From a virus: a stretch of DNA of 64,000 bases. The notes under the pieces are model-generated. The model was not told the DNA's origin, searched no databases, and saw only the letters and a program-made list of their open reading frames with translations. The stretch covers positions 110,626-174,625 of IMG/VR virus record IMGVR_UViG_3300032086_003797. One strand, written 5' to 3'. Below are positions 1 through 9,681 of this stretch, one piece after another; position 1 is the stretch's first letter; every line of letters starts with the position of its first letter. The position numbers and the translations under genes are program-made.

Positions 1-1333
1 ATATGAAAACTTTACTGCACCTGACCCAACACACATAAATGGTCCAGGTCTGTACGCTACTGCTAAGGTATTATGCCAAAGTAAAATTCATAAAGACGTA
101 TTACAAAGAAATATTTCTGTAGCAGATGCGGTTAATCTTGAATGCTCTATTTGGAGTGATAATTTTATTGAGGCTGCGGAGAACTTAAAAATTGTAAAGA
201 CAAAATCTGCGGCAATATTGAAGTCTACAAACCCAACTAAAAACCAAATTGCAGCAGAAATGTATTGCAGAAGCAATAATATTGAGTATGATTTAGTTGC
301 TGCGGATAACCCAGTAGAACTTCTCAAGGTATTATCTCAATATGAGAAGTTTGTATTTTTCCCAGCGGTGCTGGAGACATTCTGTCGAACCATAGTAGAA
401 GCAAAATTAGCTGGGTGCAAGATCATTACAAACCCAAAACTTCTTGGGGTCGCAAGTGAGGAATGGTTTACTAGCGGCACTAGAGAAGATATAATAAACA
501 AAATGAAGGGCTCGCTTGATAATACATTAGATATAATAGAAAACACTTTTAAAGAAGCCAGTTTACGGCATGAAACTCCTGAAGCTCTGGGCTCTGACAT
601 AACAGTAATTCTCAATTCTTATCGCCGCCCATATAATTTAGAGAAACAGATAAAGGCAATCAGGGAACAGTCTGCTCCACCAAAAGAAATATGGTTATGG
701 ATCAATGATCATGAAGATAACAGAGATTTTGATCATACTAAATTAGACGTTGATAGAATATTCCACAATAATCACAATTGGAAGTTTTACGGTCGATTTG
801 CAGCGGCACTTCTAGCAGATACAGAGTTTATTGCTATCTTCGATGATGACACAATACCAGGCAGTGATTGGTTTTCATGTTGCTACAAATCGTTTGCCCA
901 CAGGCAAGCTATTCTTGGTAGTGCAGGGGTGGTGCTAAATAGTTCTGAGTCATACGCTGATCATGACCGAGTTGGCTGGCCTAGCCAAAATAAGGATATG
1001 GAAAGAGTTGACTTAGTAGGTCATGCTTGGTTCTTCAAAAGAGATTGGTTACAATATTTATGGAGAGAAAAGCCATATACTTGGGACAACGGAGAAGATA
1101 TACAATTTTCATATCTAGCGCAAAAATATGGAGGTATTGAAACATATGTACCTCCTCATCCCCCAGGTATGCCACATTTACATGGGTCAATTTTAGGTAA
1201 TGAACTAGGGATTGATGACAAGGCGACATCAACAAACAGTGCAGTCTCTCATGAGCAATTCTTTAGCGAGAGAGACCGCTGCGTCAAAAACGCTATCCAA
1301 GGTGGATGGGCGACAGTTAGGAACCTAAAGTGA
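1..1333 (+). CDS. Two-domain glycosyltransferase (GT-B/GT4-like N-terminal part, GT-A-like C-terminal part), 5'-truncated by window edge
   Basis: Frame is open from position 2 (YENFTAPDPT...) into the 218..1333 ORF. It has ETFCRTIVEAKLAGC (GT4-like E-x7-E motif), then ITVILNSYRR and IFDDD (GT-A DxD). Confidence 0.7.
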   Translation, partial: YENFTAPDPTHINGPGLYATAKVLCQSKIHKDVLQRNISVADAVNLECSIWSDNFIEAAENLKIVKTKSAAILKSTNPTKNQIAAEMYCRSNNIEYDLVAADNPVELLKVLSQYEKFVFFPAVLETFCRTIVEAKLAGCKIITNPKLLGVASEEWFTSGTREDIINKMKGSLDNTLDIIENTFKEASLRHETPEALGSDITVILNSYRRPYNLEKQIKAIREQSAPPKEIWLWINDHEDNRDFDHTKLDVDRIFHNNHNWKFYGRFAAALLADTEFIAIFDDDTIPGSDWFSCCYKSFAHRQAILGSAGVVLNSSESYADHDRVGWPSQNKDMERVDLVGHAWFFKRDWLQYLWREKPYTWDNGEDIQFSYLAQKYGGIETYVPPHPPGMPHLHGSILGNELGIDDKATSTNSAVSHEQFFSERDRCVKNAIQGGWATVRNLK

Positions 1334-2118
1334 AAGATTTTAAGCAAGAGTTTGATAAATTCAAGTCAAAGATAGAATCGGGAGAAAACTTTGCATTTGC
1401 TAGGTTTTCAGATGGTGAAATGTTCATCATGCAAAATCAAACAGTTGTTTTAGCCCCTGGTTATTTTGTTACGGGTGATCGTATTGGGCACAACATATAC
1501 ACTAAAGAAGAGCAGAAAGAATTCCTACCAAATAAACATCAGTTCCACCGTGAAAAGCTTATTGAAAGCTTTCAATACAAAGCTGATAACTATTACAAAG
1601 GGATTTGTACTAAAACAGATGTCGGAGAAGAAAATTTCAAGTGGCAGATGGATCTCCATGGAGAAGGATATGAAAAAAACCTTACATTTGCTAATGTGTT
1701 CATAAACTCAAATTACCCCAGGTATGTAGAGGAAGTGGTCCCACTGTTTAAAAATAGGGATATTATTTATGTTGTCAATGAGTTGGCGGATTTATCTGGC
1801 TTGCCTTTCAAGGTAAAGAAAGAATTTCGTATAGGAAGCAACTGCATGGTTGACAATTATGATACAGTAGAGCAAGTCAAAGAATATATCGAAAAGAATA
1901 ATGTCAAGGACCATATTATTCTTTGTTCAGCCGCTAGTTTAAGCAACTTTATAATACATCAATGTTTTATGGAGAATCAGAACAATACATTCTTAGACAC
2001 TGGCAGTGCTCTGAATCCTTACCAAAATTTGGAAGGCTGGCGCTTTACTAGAGGGTATCTAACCTCATATTGGATGAAGAGTGATAGTCAGTATGGAAAT
2101 CAAGTTGATGAGTGGTAA
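1330..2118 (+). CDS. GT-D fold (DUF1792-like) glycosyltransferase
   Basis: N-terminal FARFSDGE and C-terminal FLDTGS resemble GT-D signatures; glycan cluster context. Confidence 0.55.
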   Translation: MKDFKQEFDKFKSKIESGENFAFARFSDGEMFIMQNQTVVLAPGYFVTGDRIGHNIYTKEEQKEFLPNKHQFHREKLIESFQYKADNYYKGICTKTDVGEENFKWQMDLHGEGYEKNLTFANVFINSNYPRYVEEVVPLFKNRDIIYVVNELADLSGLPFKVKKEFRIGSNCMVDNYDTVEQVKEYIEKNNVKDHIILCSAASLSNFIIHQCFMENQNNTFLDTGSALNPYQNLEGWRFTRGYLTSYWMKSDSQYGNQVDEW

Positions 2119-2521
2119 ATTAAGAGTTGCTATTTGTAAAACAGAACACTGGGAATTCATTCGTAATCTACGGAACCATCCTGATGTTAAACAAGGGTTT
2201 ATACAACAAGAAGAAATCCTCCCAGCAACACATAAAAAGTATATGAAGCAACATTCTCGAAACTATTGGGTTTTGCTGAAGGATAATATACCTGTTGGGT
2301 TTGTTGGCAGTATTGAAGGTGATATAAGAGTAGCTGTACTGCCTGAGGAAAGTGGGAATGGTTACGGTAAAATACTTATTAATCATGTAATGGAACAAAA
2401 GCCATATTCACATGCTAAGGTTAAGATTGCAAATGATGCTAGTCTTAAACTATTCGAGTCATGCGGCTTTAAAAAGAGATATTATATTTTGGAAAAAGAA
2501 GATGAAACAGAATCCATATGA
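2108..2521 (+). CDS. GNAT N-acetyltransferase (PseH-like sugar N-acetyltransferase)
   Basis: FIRNLRN..DV, VLPEESGNGYGK acetyl-CoA motif A, NDASLKLFESCGF motif B; adjacent to aminotransferase; ATG at 2108 preferred. Confidence 0.75.
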   Translation: MSGKLRVAICKTEHWEFIRNLRNHPDVKQGFIQQEEILPATHKKYMKQHSRNYWVLLKDNIPVGFVGSIEGDIRVAVLPEESGNGYGKILINHVMEQKPYSHAKVKIANDASLKLFESCGFKKRYYILEKEDETESI

Positions 2522-3122
2522 AGTAGTAAAGATGTTTGAGCAATCGGTAGCTGATTATACAGGAGCACCTTATGCGGTATCATTAGACTCCTGTACTAAT
2601 GCCTTGTTTTTGTGTTGTATGTTTGAGGGCGTCAACGGTAAAGAAGTAACAATACCTAGACAAACTTATCTATCAGTACCGCAATCCATTATGCACGCTG
2701 GTGGAGAGGTGGTATTTGAAGACCTGCGTTGGCAAGGAATCTATCAGTTGAAACCATTCCCAATCTTTGATGCAGCTAAAAGATTTACTTCGGATATGTA
2801 TAGACCTGGCACGCATATGTGTTTATCTTTTCATATTAAAAAGCACCTTAAGATCAGTAAAGGTGGGATGATCCTTACAGACAGCAAAGAAATGGCAGAT
2901 TGGGCTAGAGAAGCTAGATATGAAGGTCGAAGTGAAGGAGTGAGGTATCAAGACGATGATATTAAGATGTTAGGGTGGAATATGTATATGACTCCGCAAC
3001 AAGCGACACACGGCTTAACTCTGATGCAAAACTTCCCAAGGATAAATCCAGATATCCCAGAATCACCACCATATAGAGACTTAACAGAATTTACTTTATT
3101 TAAGGATTGTAAGACAAAATGA
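2502..3122 (+). CDS. DegT/DnrJ/EryC1/StrS-like PLP sugar aminotransferase, unusually short (206 aa)
   Basis: FEQSVADYTGAPYAVSLDSCTNAL, DAA, SFHIKKHLKISKGGMILT (PLP lysine motif), GWNMYM. Confidence 0.75.
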   Translation: MKQNPYEVVKMFEQSVADYTGAPYAVSLDSCTNALFLCCMFEGVNGKEVTIPRQTYLSVPQSIMHAGGEVVFEDLRWQGIYQLKPFPIFDAAKRFTSDMYRPGTHMCLSFHIKKHLKISKGGMILTDSKEMADWAREARYEGRSEGVRYQDDDIKMLGWNMYMTPQQATHGLTLMQNFPRINPDIPESPPYRDLTEFTLFKDCKTK

Positions 3123-3949
3123 AAATTGCACTATGTTTCCATGGCTACTTTATAAACAGCGGCGGTGATAATGCTGCCTTTGCTTCTTGGGAATACCTAA
3201 AAAGAAAAGTGATAAACAATAATAATGTAGATGTATTTTTTCACTGTTGGGAACAAGGCGACAGCGTAAAAAAAATGATACACCATATGTATGATCCTGT
3301 CAAGATAGAATATGATAAGCAGAAAGATTTCAAAGAAGAAATGGAATCTATGGATCAATCTTGGTTTGATGACGGCTTTGACCGCAGCGGAACAATGTAT
3401 AAGAGCAATTCAATATTCCAAACCTTTAGTTTTCTATACTCCCGTAAAAGAGTCCTTGAATTGAAGTCCGAGCACGAGAGTGAAAACAACTTTACATATG
3501 ATGCGGTAATATTAGCCAGGACGGATATAGGCACTAGGGGCAAAGAACACCCACAGACATATTATGTAACTAATCTTAATTTTGATCCAACCTCTGACAT
3601 GAATAGACTTCACGCTGCTTATTGGAATCAGATGAACTGGGGATATGCTGACCACTGGTTTTATTCTAATAGTAAAAACATGGACCTAGTTGGCACTGCA
3701 TATGATAAAATCCAGACCTATTATAAACCAGGTAGTGATTATTATAAATCTATTACAGAAGGCTGGTTTGATAGTAATGCAGAGGATGAATTTAGCAACG
3801 AGCAGGAAAAGCCAAAAGATTATCGAACAGATAAGTTAGTTAAATTTGACAAATGGCAATGTATCGATAATCATAAATTTTATAAATGGTTTTTTAATGA
3901 CATCGGATTATATGATAAAACTAAGTTCGTTGATATAACAGGTGAATGA
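3119..3949 (+). CDS. Putative glycosyltransferase-like protein
   Basis: MKIALCFHG start, VDVFFHCW, YDAVILARTD pattern common in polysaccharide-cluster hypotheticals. Confidence 0.45.
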   Translation: MKIALCFHGYFINSGGDNAAFASWEYLKRKVINNNNVDVFFHCWEQGDSVKKMIHHMYDPVKIEYDKQKDFKEEMESMDQSWFDDGFDRSGTMYKSNSIFQTFSFLYSRKRVLELKSEHESENNFTYDAVILARTDIGTRGKEHPQTYYVTNLNFDPTSDMNRLHAAYWNQMNWGYADHWFYSNSKNMDLVGTAYDKIQTYYKPGSDYYKSITEGWFDSNAEDEFSNEQEKPKDYRTDKLVKFDKWQCIDNHKFYKWFFNDIGLYDKTKFVDITGE

Positions 3950-3950
3950 T

Positions 3951-4685
3951 ATGAAAAGCACAGCTATTATCATGTATTCGCATAGCGATTATAGTGATAT
4001 ATGGGAAATGTTTACAAGTCAGGTTGACAAATATTTCAAAGACATAAAAAGATACGCATTTATCGATAAAGATGTAAATAAAATTTTACCTGATCATTGG
4101 GAGCAGGTCTGCTATAACGAAGAGGAACAATATGATAGAAGAGTGCAGTCTTGCCTTACAAGTGTAAAAGAGGAATATTGCATTTTCCATCACGAAGATA
4201 TGGTCCTATTTGATACTCCAGACTACGCCAAGTTGGAAAAATGTAAATCAATTTTAGAGGATGAAGATATAAGTTATATAAAACTTATAAAAGGTGGGTT
4301 ATATAGTGATCACCATCAAGACATACAGTTCAACAACTATGATGGGATTTATTTATTAGAACATAGCACTAGCTTTATGTTTGCAGTCCAACCATCTTTA
4401 TGGAGAACCGAAGACTTACTTGAGGTATATTCAGAGACAGATATTGATAAAATACATGAATTTGAAGTAATGGCATCTCAGGTGTGCAAACAATTTAACA
4501 TTGATGGTCTTTACGCATATAATGGTGAAAAGAAACGTGGCATGTTTCATTGGGATTCAAGCATCTACCCTTATGTTGCTACAGCAATCGTGAAGGGTAA
4601 GTGGAACATTTCAGAATATGAGAAAGAGATGACTCTTTTACTAGAACAGTACAATATTGAAAAAGAGGATAGAGGGTTTGTATGA
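3951..4685 (+). CDS. Hypothetical protein, probable GT-A-like glycan-cluster protein
   Basis: Coupled ORF; HHEDMVL and QPSLWR motifs; context. Confidence 0.4.
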   Translation: MKSTAIIMYSHSDYSDIWEMFTSQVDKYFKDIKRYAFIDKDVNKILPDHWEQVCYNEEEQYDRRVQSCLTSVKEEYCIFHHEDMVLFDTPDYAKLEKCKSILEDEDISYIKLIKGGLYSDHHQDIQFNNYDGIYLLEHSTSFMFAVQPSLWRTEDLLEVYSETDIDKIHEFEVMASQVCKQFNIDGLYAYNGEKKRGMFHWDSSIYPYVATAIVKGKWNISEYEKEMTLLLEQYNIEKEDRGFV

Positions 4686-5218
4686 TTGAGTTAGTTATAT
4701 TAGATATCGACGGAGTTCTAACGGATGGTCGAAAATATTACGGACTAGATGGTATGCCATTTGCAAAGACATATTGTGATAAGGATTTTACTGCGATCAA
4801 GCGCCTTCGTGGTGCAGGGGTAAATGTCTGCTTTCTGTCTGGGGACGATACTGTCAATCAAGCTATGGCAAAAAATCGAAACATTGATTTCTTTTATGCC
4901 CGTGGAAAAGATAAAGCAGATTTTATTGAGGAGTTTCAAAAAAAATATAATACATCCCCACAAAACATGGCATACATTGGCGATGACTTATTTGATAGTA
5001 GCATATTGAAAGCTGTAACATACCCATTTTGCCCTGCCGACGCATGTGGAGAAGTGAAGAAAATTTGTACATCTGCTTATGGTTATCATAATATCCTGCG
5101 AAGTAATGGCGGCTGCAATGTTATTATGGAAATGGTTGAGGTATTACTTGAACGTGGACTAATAAATGACTGCACTATGGAAGATATAGAAGCACTTGAC
5201 AAAAAAGAAAAGTTTTGA
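4682..5218 (+). CDS. KdsC-like HAD phosphatase (KDO-8-P / sugar-phosphate phosphatase family)
   Basis: LDIDGVLTDG, D..AIKRL, K, YIGDDLFD, CPADA, GG.. motifs. Confidence 0.8.
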   Translation: MIELVILDIDGVLTDGRKYYGLDGMPFAKTYCDKDFTAIKRLRGAGVNVCFLSGDDTVNQAMAKNRNIDFFYARGKDKADFIEEFQKKYNTSPQNMAYIGDDLFDSSILKAVTYPFCPADACGEVKKICTSAYGYHNILRSNGGCNVIMEMVEVLLERGLINDCTMEDIEALDKKEKF

Positions 5219-6074
5219 TTTCTGTATAGTAGGTAATATATTCCTAGATACAGTACAAGTAACTAATTCGTTCCAAGTTGGCACATCTAACTTGGGGACA
5301 TCGAAAAGAACTGCCCTTGGTGGTGTTATGAACACAGCGAGAAGCCTGTGTAAAATAAATAATCATTGTAAAGTATTTGTTTCTACAGTGGTAGGTAATG
5401 ACGACCAGGGTAGGTATATCTTAGATAAACTACAAGATTTTAAAAATGAAAACAGTAACTTCGATTACCATGCAACTCGTGTCGATGCCGCCACGACAAG
5501 TGCGCTTATAATATGTGAAGCCGACAAACAGATAAGAAGCAGTATAGTGAATTGGGGTGCTTGTAAGACAAGTTCTGATTTTTATTTACCTGAATCGAGA
5601 TGGTACCACTTCATGTACCTGGACACTTTATTAGCTGTCAATAAAAATATGTTTACACAAATATCAGAAGAGAGTATAATATCGGCAGACTTTTGTTTAG
5701 CTACTCACACTGCCAAGGAAAGAAATAGGATAATGGACTTGATAAAGAATATGAATTTTGTTATAACCTCAGAAGATAGTGCAACAAGCATTACGGGCGA
5801 ACAATATGAGATCTATTCAGCGATGACGCTAGGCGAAGCAGTTGGCTCAGCAGCAATTGTGCATAGCCCAAGAGGCAGTTTTGTTAGTGCTCAAGGAAAT
5901 GATTTCATGGTCAACAGCGACTATATAAATGACGTGAAACTCGATGTACTAGGTGCGGGCGACGCATTTGCAGCAGGATTCATGCATGATACTCAGAAAA
6001 ACCCAAACAATATAAAAGAAAATGTCCAGTATGCACACACTTATGCAACTAATTTTATTCAGGGGGATAAGTGA
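5196..6074 (+). CDS. PfkB/ribokinase-family carbohydrate kinase
   Basis: LGGVMN, VGNDDQG, C-terminal DVLGAGDAFAAGF signature. Confidence 0.8.
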   Translation: MTKKKSFDFCIVGNIFLDTVQVTNSFQVGTSNLGTSKRTALGGVMNTARSLCKINNHCKVFVSTVVGNDDQGRYILDKLQDFKNENSNFDYHATRVDAATTSALIICEADKQIRSSIVNWGACKTSSDFYLPESRWYHFMYLDTLLAVNKNMFTQISEESIISADFCLATHTAKERNRIMDLIKNMNFVITSEDSATSITGEQYEIYSAMTLGEAVGSAAIVHSPRGSFVSAQGNDFMVNSDYINDVKLDVLGAGDAFAAGFMHDTQKNPNNIKENVQYAHTYATNFIQGDK

Positions 6075-6406
6075 TGGATTTATATGCATCAACATGGAAA
6101 TATTTTTCCGCATTTGAAAATAAAGATTTAGATACATTATGTGATCTGTATAGCAATACTGTGTCCTTAATAGATTGGGATGTTGAATGCCATAGTGCGG
6201 AGAAAGTCCTACAAGCAAATGAGAGTTTATTTAGCAGTGTTGAAAACATCAAGGTTGACATTACACGTTGCTCGGTTGATAAGATGTTGTTGACCGCTAC
6301 AGCAGAAATTATTATTACACTGGACGGAGAAGAGATAATAGTAGCAGATATCATCACGTTCGGTCAAGATGGAAAAATAAAAAATATTAGAGCCTATAAG
6401 GGGTAA
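6074..6406 (+). CDS. SnoaL/NTF2-like protein
   Basis: YFSAFENKDLDTL..LY, DIITF..DGKIKNIRAY pattern. Confidence 0.65.
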   Translation: MDLYASTWKYFSAFENKDLDTLCDLYSNTVSLIDWDVECHSAEKVLQANESLFSSVENIKVDITRCSVDKMLLTATAEIIITLDGEEIIVADIITFGQDGKIKNIRAYKG

Positions 6407-6409
6407 AAA

Positions 6410-7576
6410 ATGACAAAGAAATATAATGTATTGTTGCCTGTCGCAGGGCGAGCACAAAGATTTTTAGATAAGGGCTATACTATGCCCAAGCCGCTAATCA
6501 TGGCAAATACCAGGCATGTTATTGATTGGGCTATGGATGCATTCAAGGCAGATGACTGCAATCTTATTTTTGCAGTTCGTCTAGATCATATTCACAACTT
6601 CTCAATCGATCAAATATTGAGGGATAAATTTGGTGAAGATGTAAAAATTGTTATTGTTGACCATATCACAGATGGATCAGTGTCTACTTGCTTATTAGCT
6701 AGAGAATATATTGACAATGATTTGCCTTTGTTTATTTATACACCTGATGTATATTACGAAAACCAGTTTGACCCAGCCTCTGTACCAGAAGAGATGGATG
6801 GATATCTGTTGACATTCAAAGCAAATAGTCCAGCACACAGTTATGTTGAAATGAATGAGGATGGTTATGCAACCAGAACAGCAGAGAAAGAAGTGATTAG
6901 TCAGAACGCTGCTGTTGGTGTTTACTATTATAAAACTGGTAAGATGTTCATTCAATATGCAGAAGAAATGATCGAAGCGAATATTCGTGTAAAGAATGAG
7001 TTCTATATCTGCCCAATGTACAACCTTATGATCCGAGATGGCGCTAAGGTTGGTATCCATCAAGTAGAGAAGATGCATGTTCTGGGAACCCCACAAGAGT
7101 TGGAATTCTTTGTAAACCATGTAGCACCAAGGTTTGGGCAGAAGCCCGTAGCTATTGCTTGTGACCATTCAGGGTTTGAAGCTAAAGAGATGGCTAGGAG
7201 AGTGTTAGAAGCTAATGGCGTTCCTTATGTTGATTTTGGAACTTATGTAAACCAAAGCTGCGACTACAACGACTATGTGTCACAAGCTATTAGAGCAATC
7301 CAGAATAACATCTGTGACTTTGGTATTGGATTTTGCCGCACAGGTCAGGGCGTAAATATATTAGCTAGTAATATGAATGGCACTATTGCGGCTTTAGTAT
7401 TTGACGAGTATACAGCCGAACATGCAATGACTCATAACTGTGCTAACTGGTTTTCAGTACCGAGCAAATATGTTAGTGAATCTACGTTCGATAGGATGGT
7501 AAAGCTATGGAAGACCTCATCATTTGATGGTGGACGCCACATGACTAGAATGAGCAAAACACTAGGAACGAAATAA
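6410..7576 (+). CDS. Sugar-phosphate nucleotidyltransferase fused to ribose-5-phosphate isomerase B (RpiB)
   Basis: N-term LPVAGRAQRF..PKPLI, AEK, GVYYY, NEFYI, LGTP; C-term IACDHSGF, FCRTGQG, HN.AN, FDGGRH..R (RpiB/LacAB signatures). Confidence 0.8.
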   Translation: MTKKYNVLLPVAGRAQRFLDKGYTMPKPLIMANTRHVIDWAMDAFKADDCNLIFAVRLDHIHNFSIDQILRDKFGEDVKIVIVDHITDGSVSTCLLAREYIDNDLPLFIYTPDVYYENQFDPASVPEEMDGYLLTFKANSPAHSYVEMNEDGYATRTAEKEVISQNAAVGVYYYKTGKMFIQYAEEMIEANIRVKNEFYICPMYNLMIRDGAKVGIHQVEKMHVLGTPQELEFFVNHVAPRFGQKPVAIACDHSGFEAKEMARRVLEANGVPYVDFGTYVNQSCDYNDYVSQAIRAIQNNICDFGIGFCRTGQGVNILASNMNGTIAALVFDEYTAEHAMTHNCANWFSVPSKYVSESTFDRMVKLWKTSSFDGGRHMTRMSKTLGTK

Positions 7577-8526
7577 TGCCTGAGTACAAGGACCCAATAC
7601 AAGGAGGTATCACTACCATAATACAGGGACCAATAAATGATGTGTCTCTCAAAAATATTCCTCAGTACCTCCGAAATGGTCCTGTTGTGATACATGCATG
7701 GGATTACAATCAACAAATACCGCATTGGCGCAACTCTGAAAATTATAACAGTATATTATCACAAATAAAGGATTTTTATGGCGATCGGGTAAAAATAGTT
7801 TTGTGCCCTGTGCCACAGGAATCTAAAAATATCAAAGATATACACTCTGATCGCTGGGCTGACTGGGCGCTACAATTTGCTAACAAGACATTCCATTTTG
7901 CAATGTATGGGATTAGTGACGCACTAAAACACGTTGAGACAGAATATGTGTTAAGAACAAGAAGCGATGAAGCGTATTCAAACGTTGATTTATTCATAGA
8001 AGCATTATGCAGAGACCCAAAGAAATTTGTTATGGGTAATATTTTCGCTGCACCTATGAAAAATCAAGAATTTCATATTGGTGATCACATCTATGCCTGC
8101 AAGTCAGAAGATTTATATCATGCAACTAATCAGCTAGCATCTTTTTACTATGGTTATAATAAAGATCCAAAATGGTTTTATTTCCAACGACCAATCGGTT
8201 TTGAGCAGGTATTAGCATATTCTTGGATGGACTGTACTGGCATCGACATGTCACTACCCTTACGTCCAGAAAATATTGAATCCTTGCCGCCTATGAGAAG
8301 AGCTTCCCCAGAGCTTCGGAATTTTATCTTATCGAACAGTGTACAATCAGACATAAAAAATAGAGAAATAAGAAAGCAGGTCGCACATGATTATTTTCAT
8401 GTGATAGATATCAATAAAGCACGCCCCTTTAGGGCTCGCTGGAATCATTGTGGTAAAACCTTTATAGATCAATTTCAAAATCCGCACGGGGTCTATAATA
8501 CAGGAGATATGTTAGATGGATATTAG
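7576..8526 (+). CDS. WavE-like lipopolysaccharide synthesis protein
   Basis: TTIIQGP, YVLRTRSD, FHIGDH; paralog of 10538..11320. Confidence 0.6.
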   Translation: MPEYKDPIQGGITTIIQGPINDVSLKNIPQYLRNGPVVIHAWDYNQQIPHWRNSENYNSILSQIKDFYGDRVKIVLCPVPQESKNIKDIHSDRWADWALQFANKTFHFAMYGISDALKHVETEYVLRTRSDEAYSNVDLFIEALCRDPKKFVMGNIFAAPMKNQEFHIGDHIYACKSEDLYHATNQLASFYYGYNKDPKWFYFQRPIGFEQVLAYSWMDCTGIDMSLPLRPENIESLPPMRRASPELRNFILSNSVQSDIKNREIRKQVAHDYFHVIDINKARPFRARWNHCGKTFIDQFQNPHGVYNTGDMLDGY

Positions 8527-8545
8527 AAATAAGGAGACATGCTAA

Positions 8546-9202
8546 ATGAATACGCCTAATAGAGATATAAATTTACATCAAAGACTATTAAAACTTTTAT
8601 ACGATCATAATGAAGAGCATGTTGGAAGCTGCTTTACTTGTGTGGATATAATTGATAATATTTTTAAAAACAAAAACGAAGATGATATATTTGTACTGTC
8701 AAATGGACATGCAGCATATGCTTTATATGTCGTATTAGAGAAATATTATGACCATATTGATGCTGACGCATTAGTAGAGAAACATGGTGGTCACCCTAAC
8801 TGGGATGAGGATAATCACATCTATGTATCAACTGGCAGTTTAGGCTCGGGTATTGTTATTGCAGTAGGTAGAGCATTAGCAAATCGCAACCGTAAAGTTC
8901 ATGTTATGGTTAGTGATGGAGAATGTGCTGAAGGTTCCGTATGGGAAGCATTGCGATATGTAGAAGAATATAATGTTGACAATATGGAAGTTTATGTTAA
9001 CGCAAACGGCTGGGCATGTTATGATCCCGTAGATGTGGAATACTTAGAGCGACGTTGTAAAGCTTTTTTGCCAAGGATTCATTTTCATAAAACCGATGTC
9101 AACTCATATTTCCCATTTTTGAAAGATCTTGATGCACACTATTGCAAGCTTTCAGCGGAAGATTATAAACTAGGTACGGAGATGTTGAATAATGAGCGTT
9201 AG
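8546..9202 (+). CDS. Transketolase-like ThDP-binding N-terminal subunit
   Basis: HVGS, LSNGHA, GHP, STGSLGSG, SDGECAEGSVWEA..N ThDP motif. Confidence 0.85.
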   Translation: MNTPNRDINLHQRLLKLLYDHNEEHVGSCFTCVDIIDNIFKNKNEDDIFVLSNGHAAYALYVVLEKYYDHIDADALVEKHGGHPNWDEDNHIYVSTGSLGSGIVIAVGRALANRNRKVHVMVSDGECAEGSVWEALRYVEEYNVDNMEVYVNANGWACYDPVDVEYLERRCKAFLPRIHFHKTDVNSYFPFLKDLDAHYCKLSAEDYKLGTEMLNNER

Positions 9203-9674
9203 AAAAACATTTGTCAGTTTACTACATGAAGAAATGAAACAGAACGACAATATTGTATTTGTTGTTGGTGATTTGGGATACGGACACTTTGATGAGATCC
9301 GAGAAGAGTTCCCAGACAGGGTTATCAACCCAGGGGCGGCAGAACAGTTAATGATGGGGATGAGTATTGGCTTAGCTCAGGAGGGCAAGCTTGTAGTATG
9401 TTATTCAATGACGCCATTCACATTATATCGACCATTTGAATTTATTAGAAACTATGTTGACTATGAGAAGATTCCAGTCAAATTAATTGGTGCGGGTAGG
9501 GATAAAGATTATCTTTGGTTAGGCTGGTCACATTGGGCGACTGATGACAAGGAACATCTTAGCGGCTTCAAGAATATTGAAAAGCACTGGCCTGAAGACC
9601 CCGAAGATATGAAACGCTTATTTAAAGGTATCATGTATAACGGGAAACCAACTTATGTGAATTTGTCAAGGTAA
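9192..9674 (+). CDS. Transketolase-like pyrimidine-binding subunit (short)
   Basis: GDLG, FPDRVIN.GAAEQ, R.FEFIR, SH..DD, P.Y..LSR. Confidence 0.8.
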   Translation: MSVRKTFVSLLHEEMKQNDNIVFVVGDLGYGHFDEIREEFPDRVINPGAAEQLMMGMSIGLAQEGKLVVCYSMTPFTLYRPFEFIRNYVDYEKIPVKLIGAGRDKDYLWLGWSHWATDDKEHLSGFKNIEKHWPEDPEDMKRLFKGIMYNGKPTYVNLSR

Positions 9675-9681
9675 GATTATA

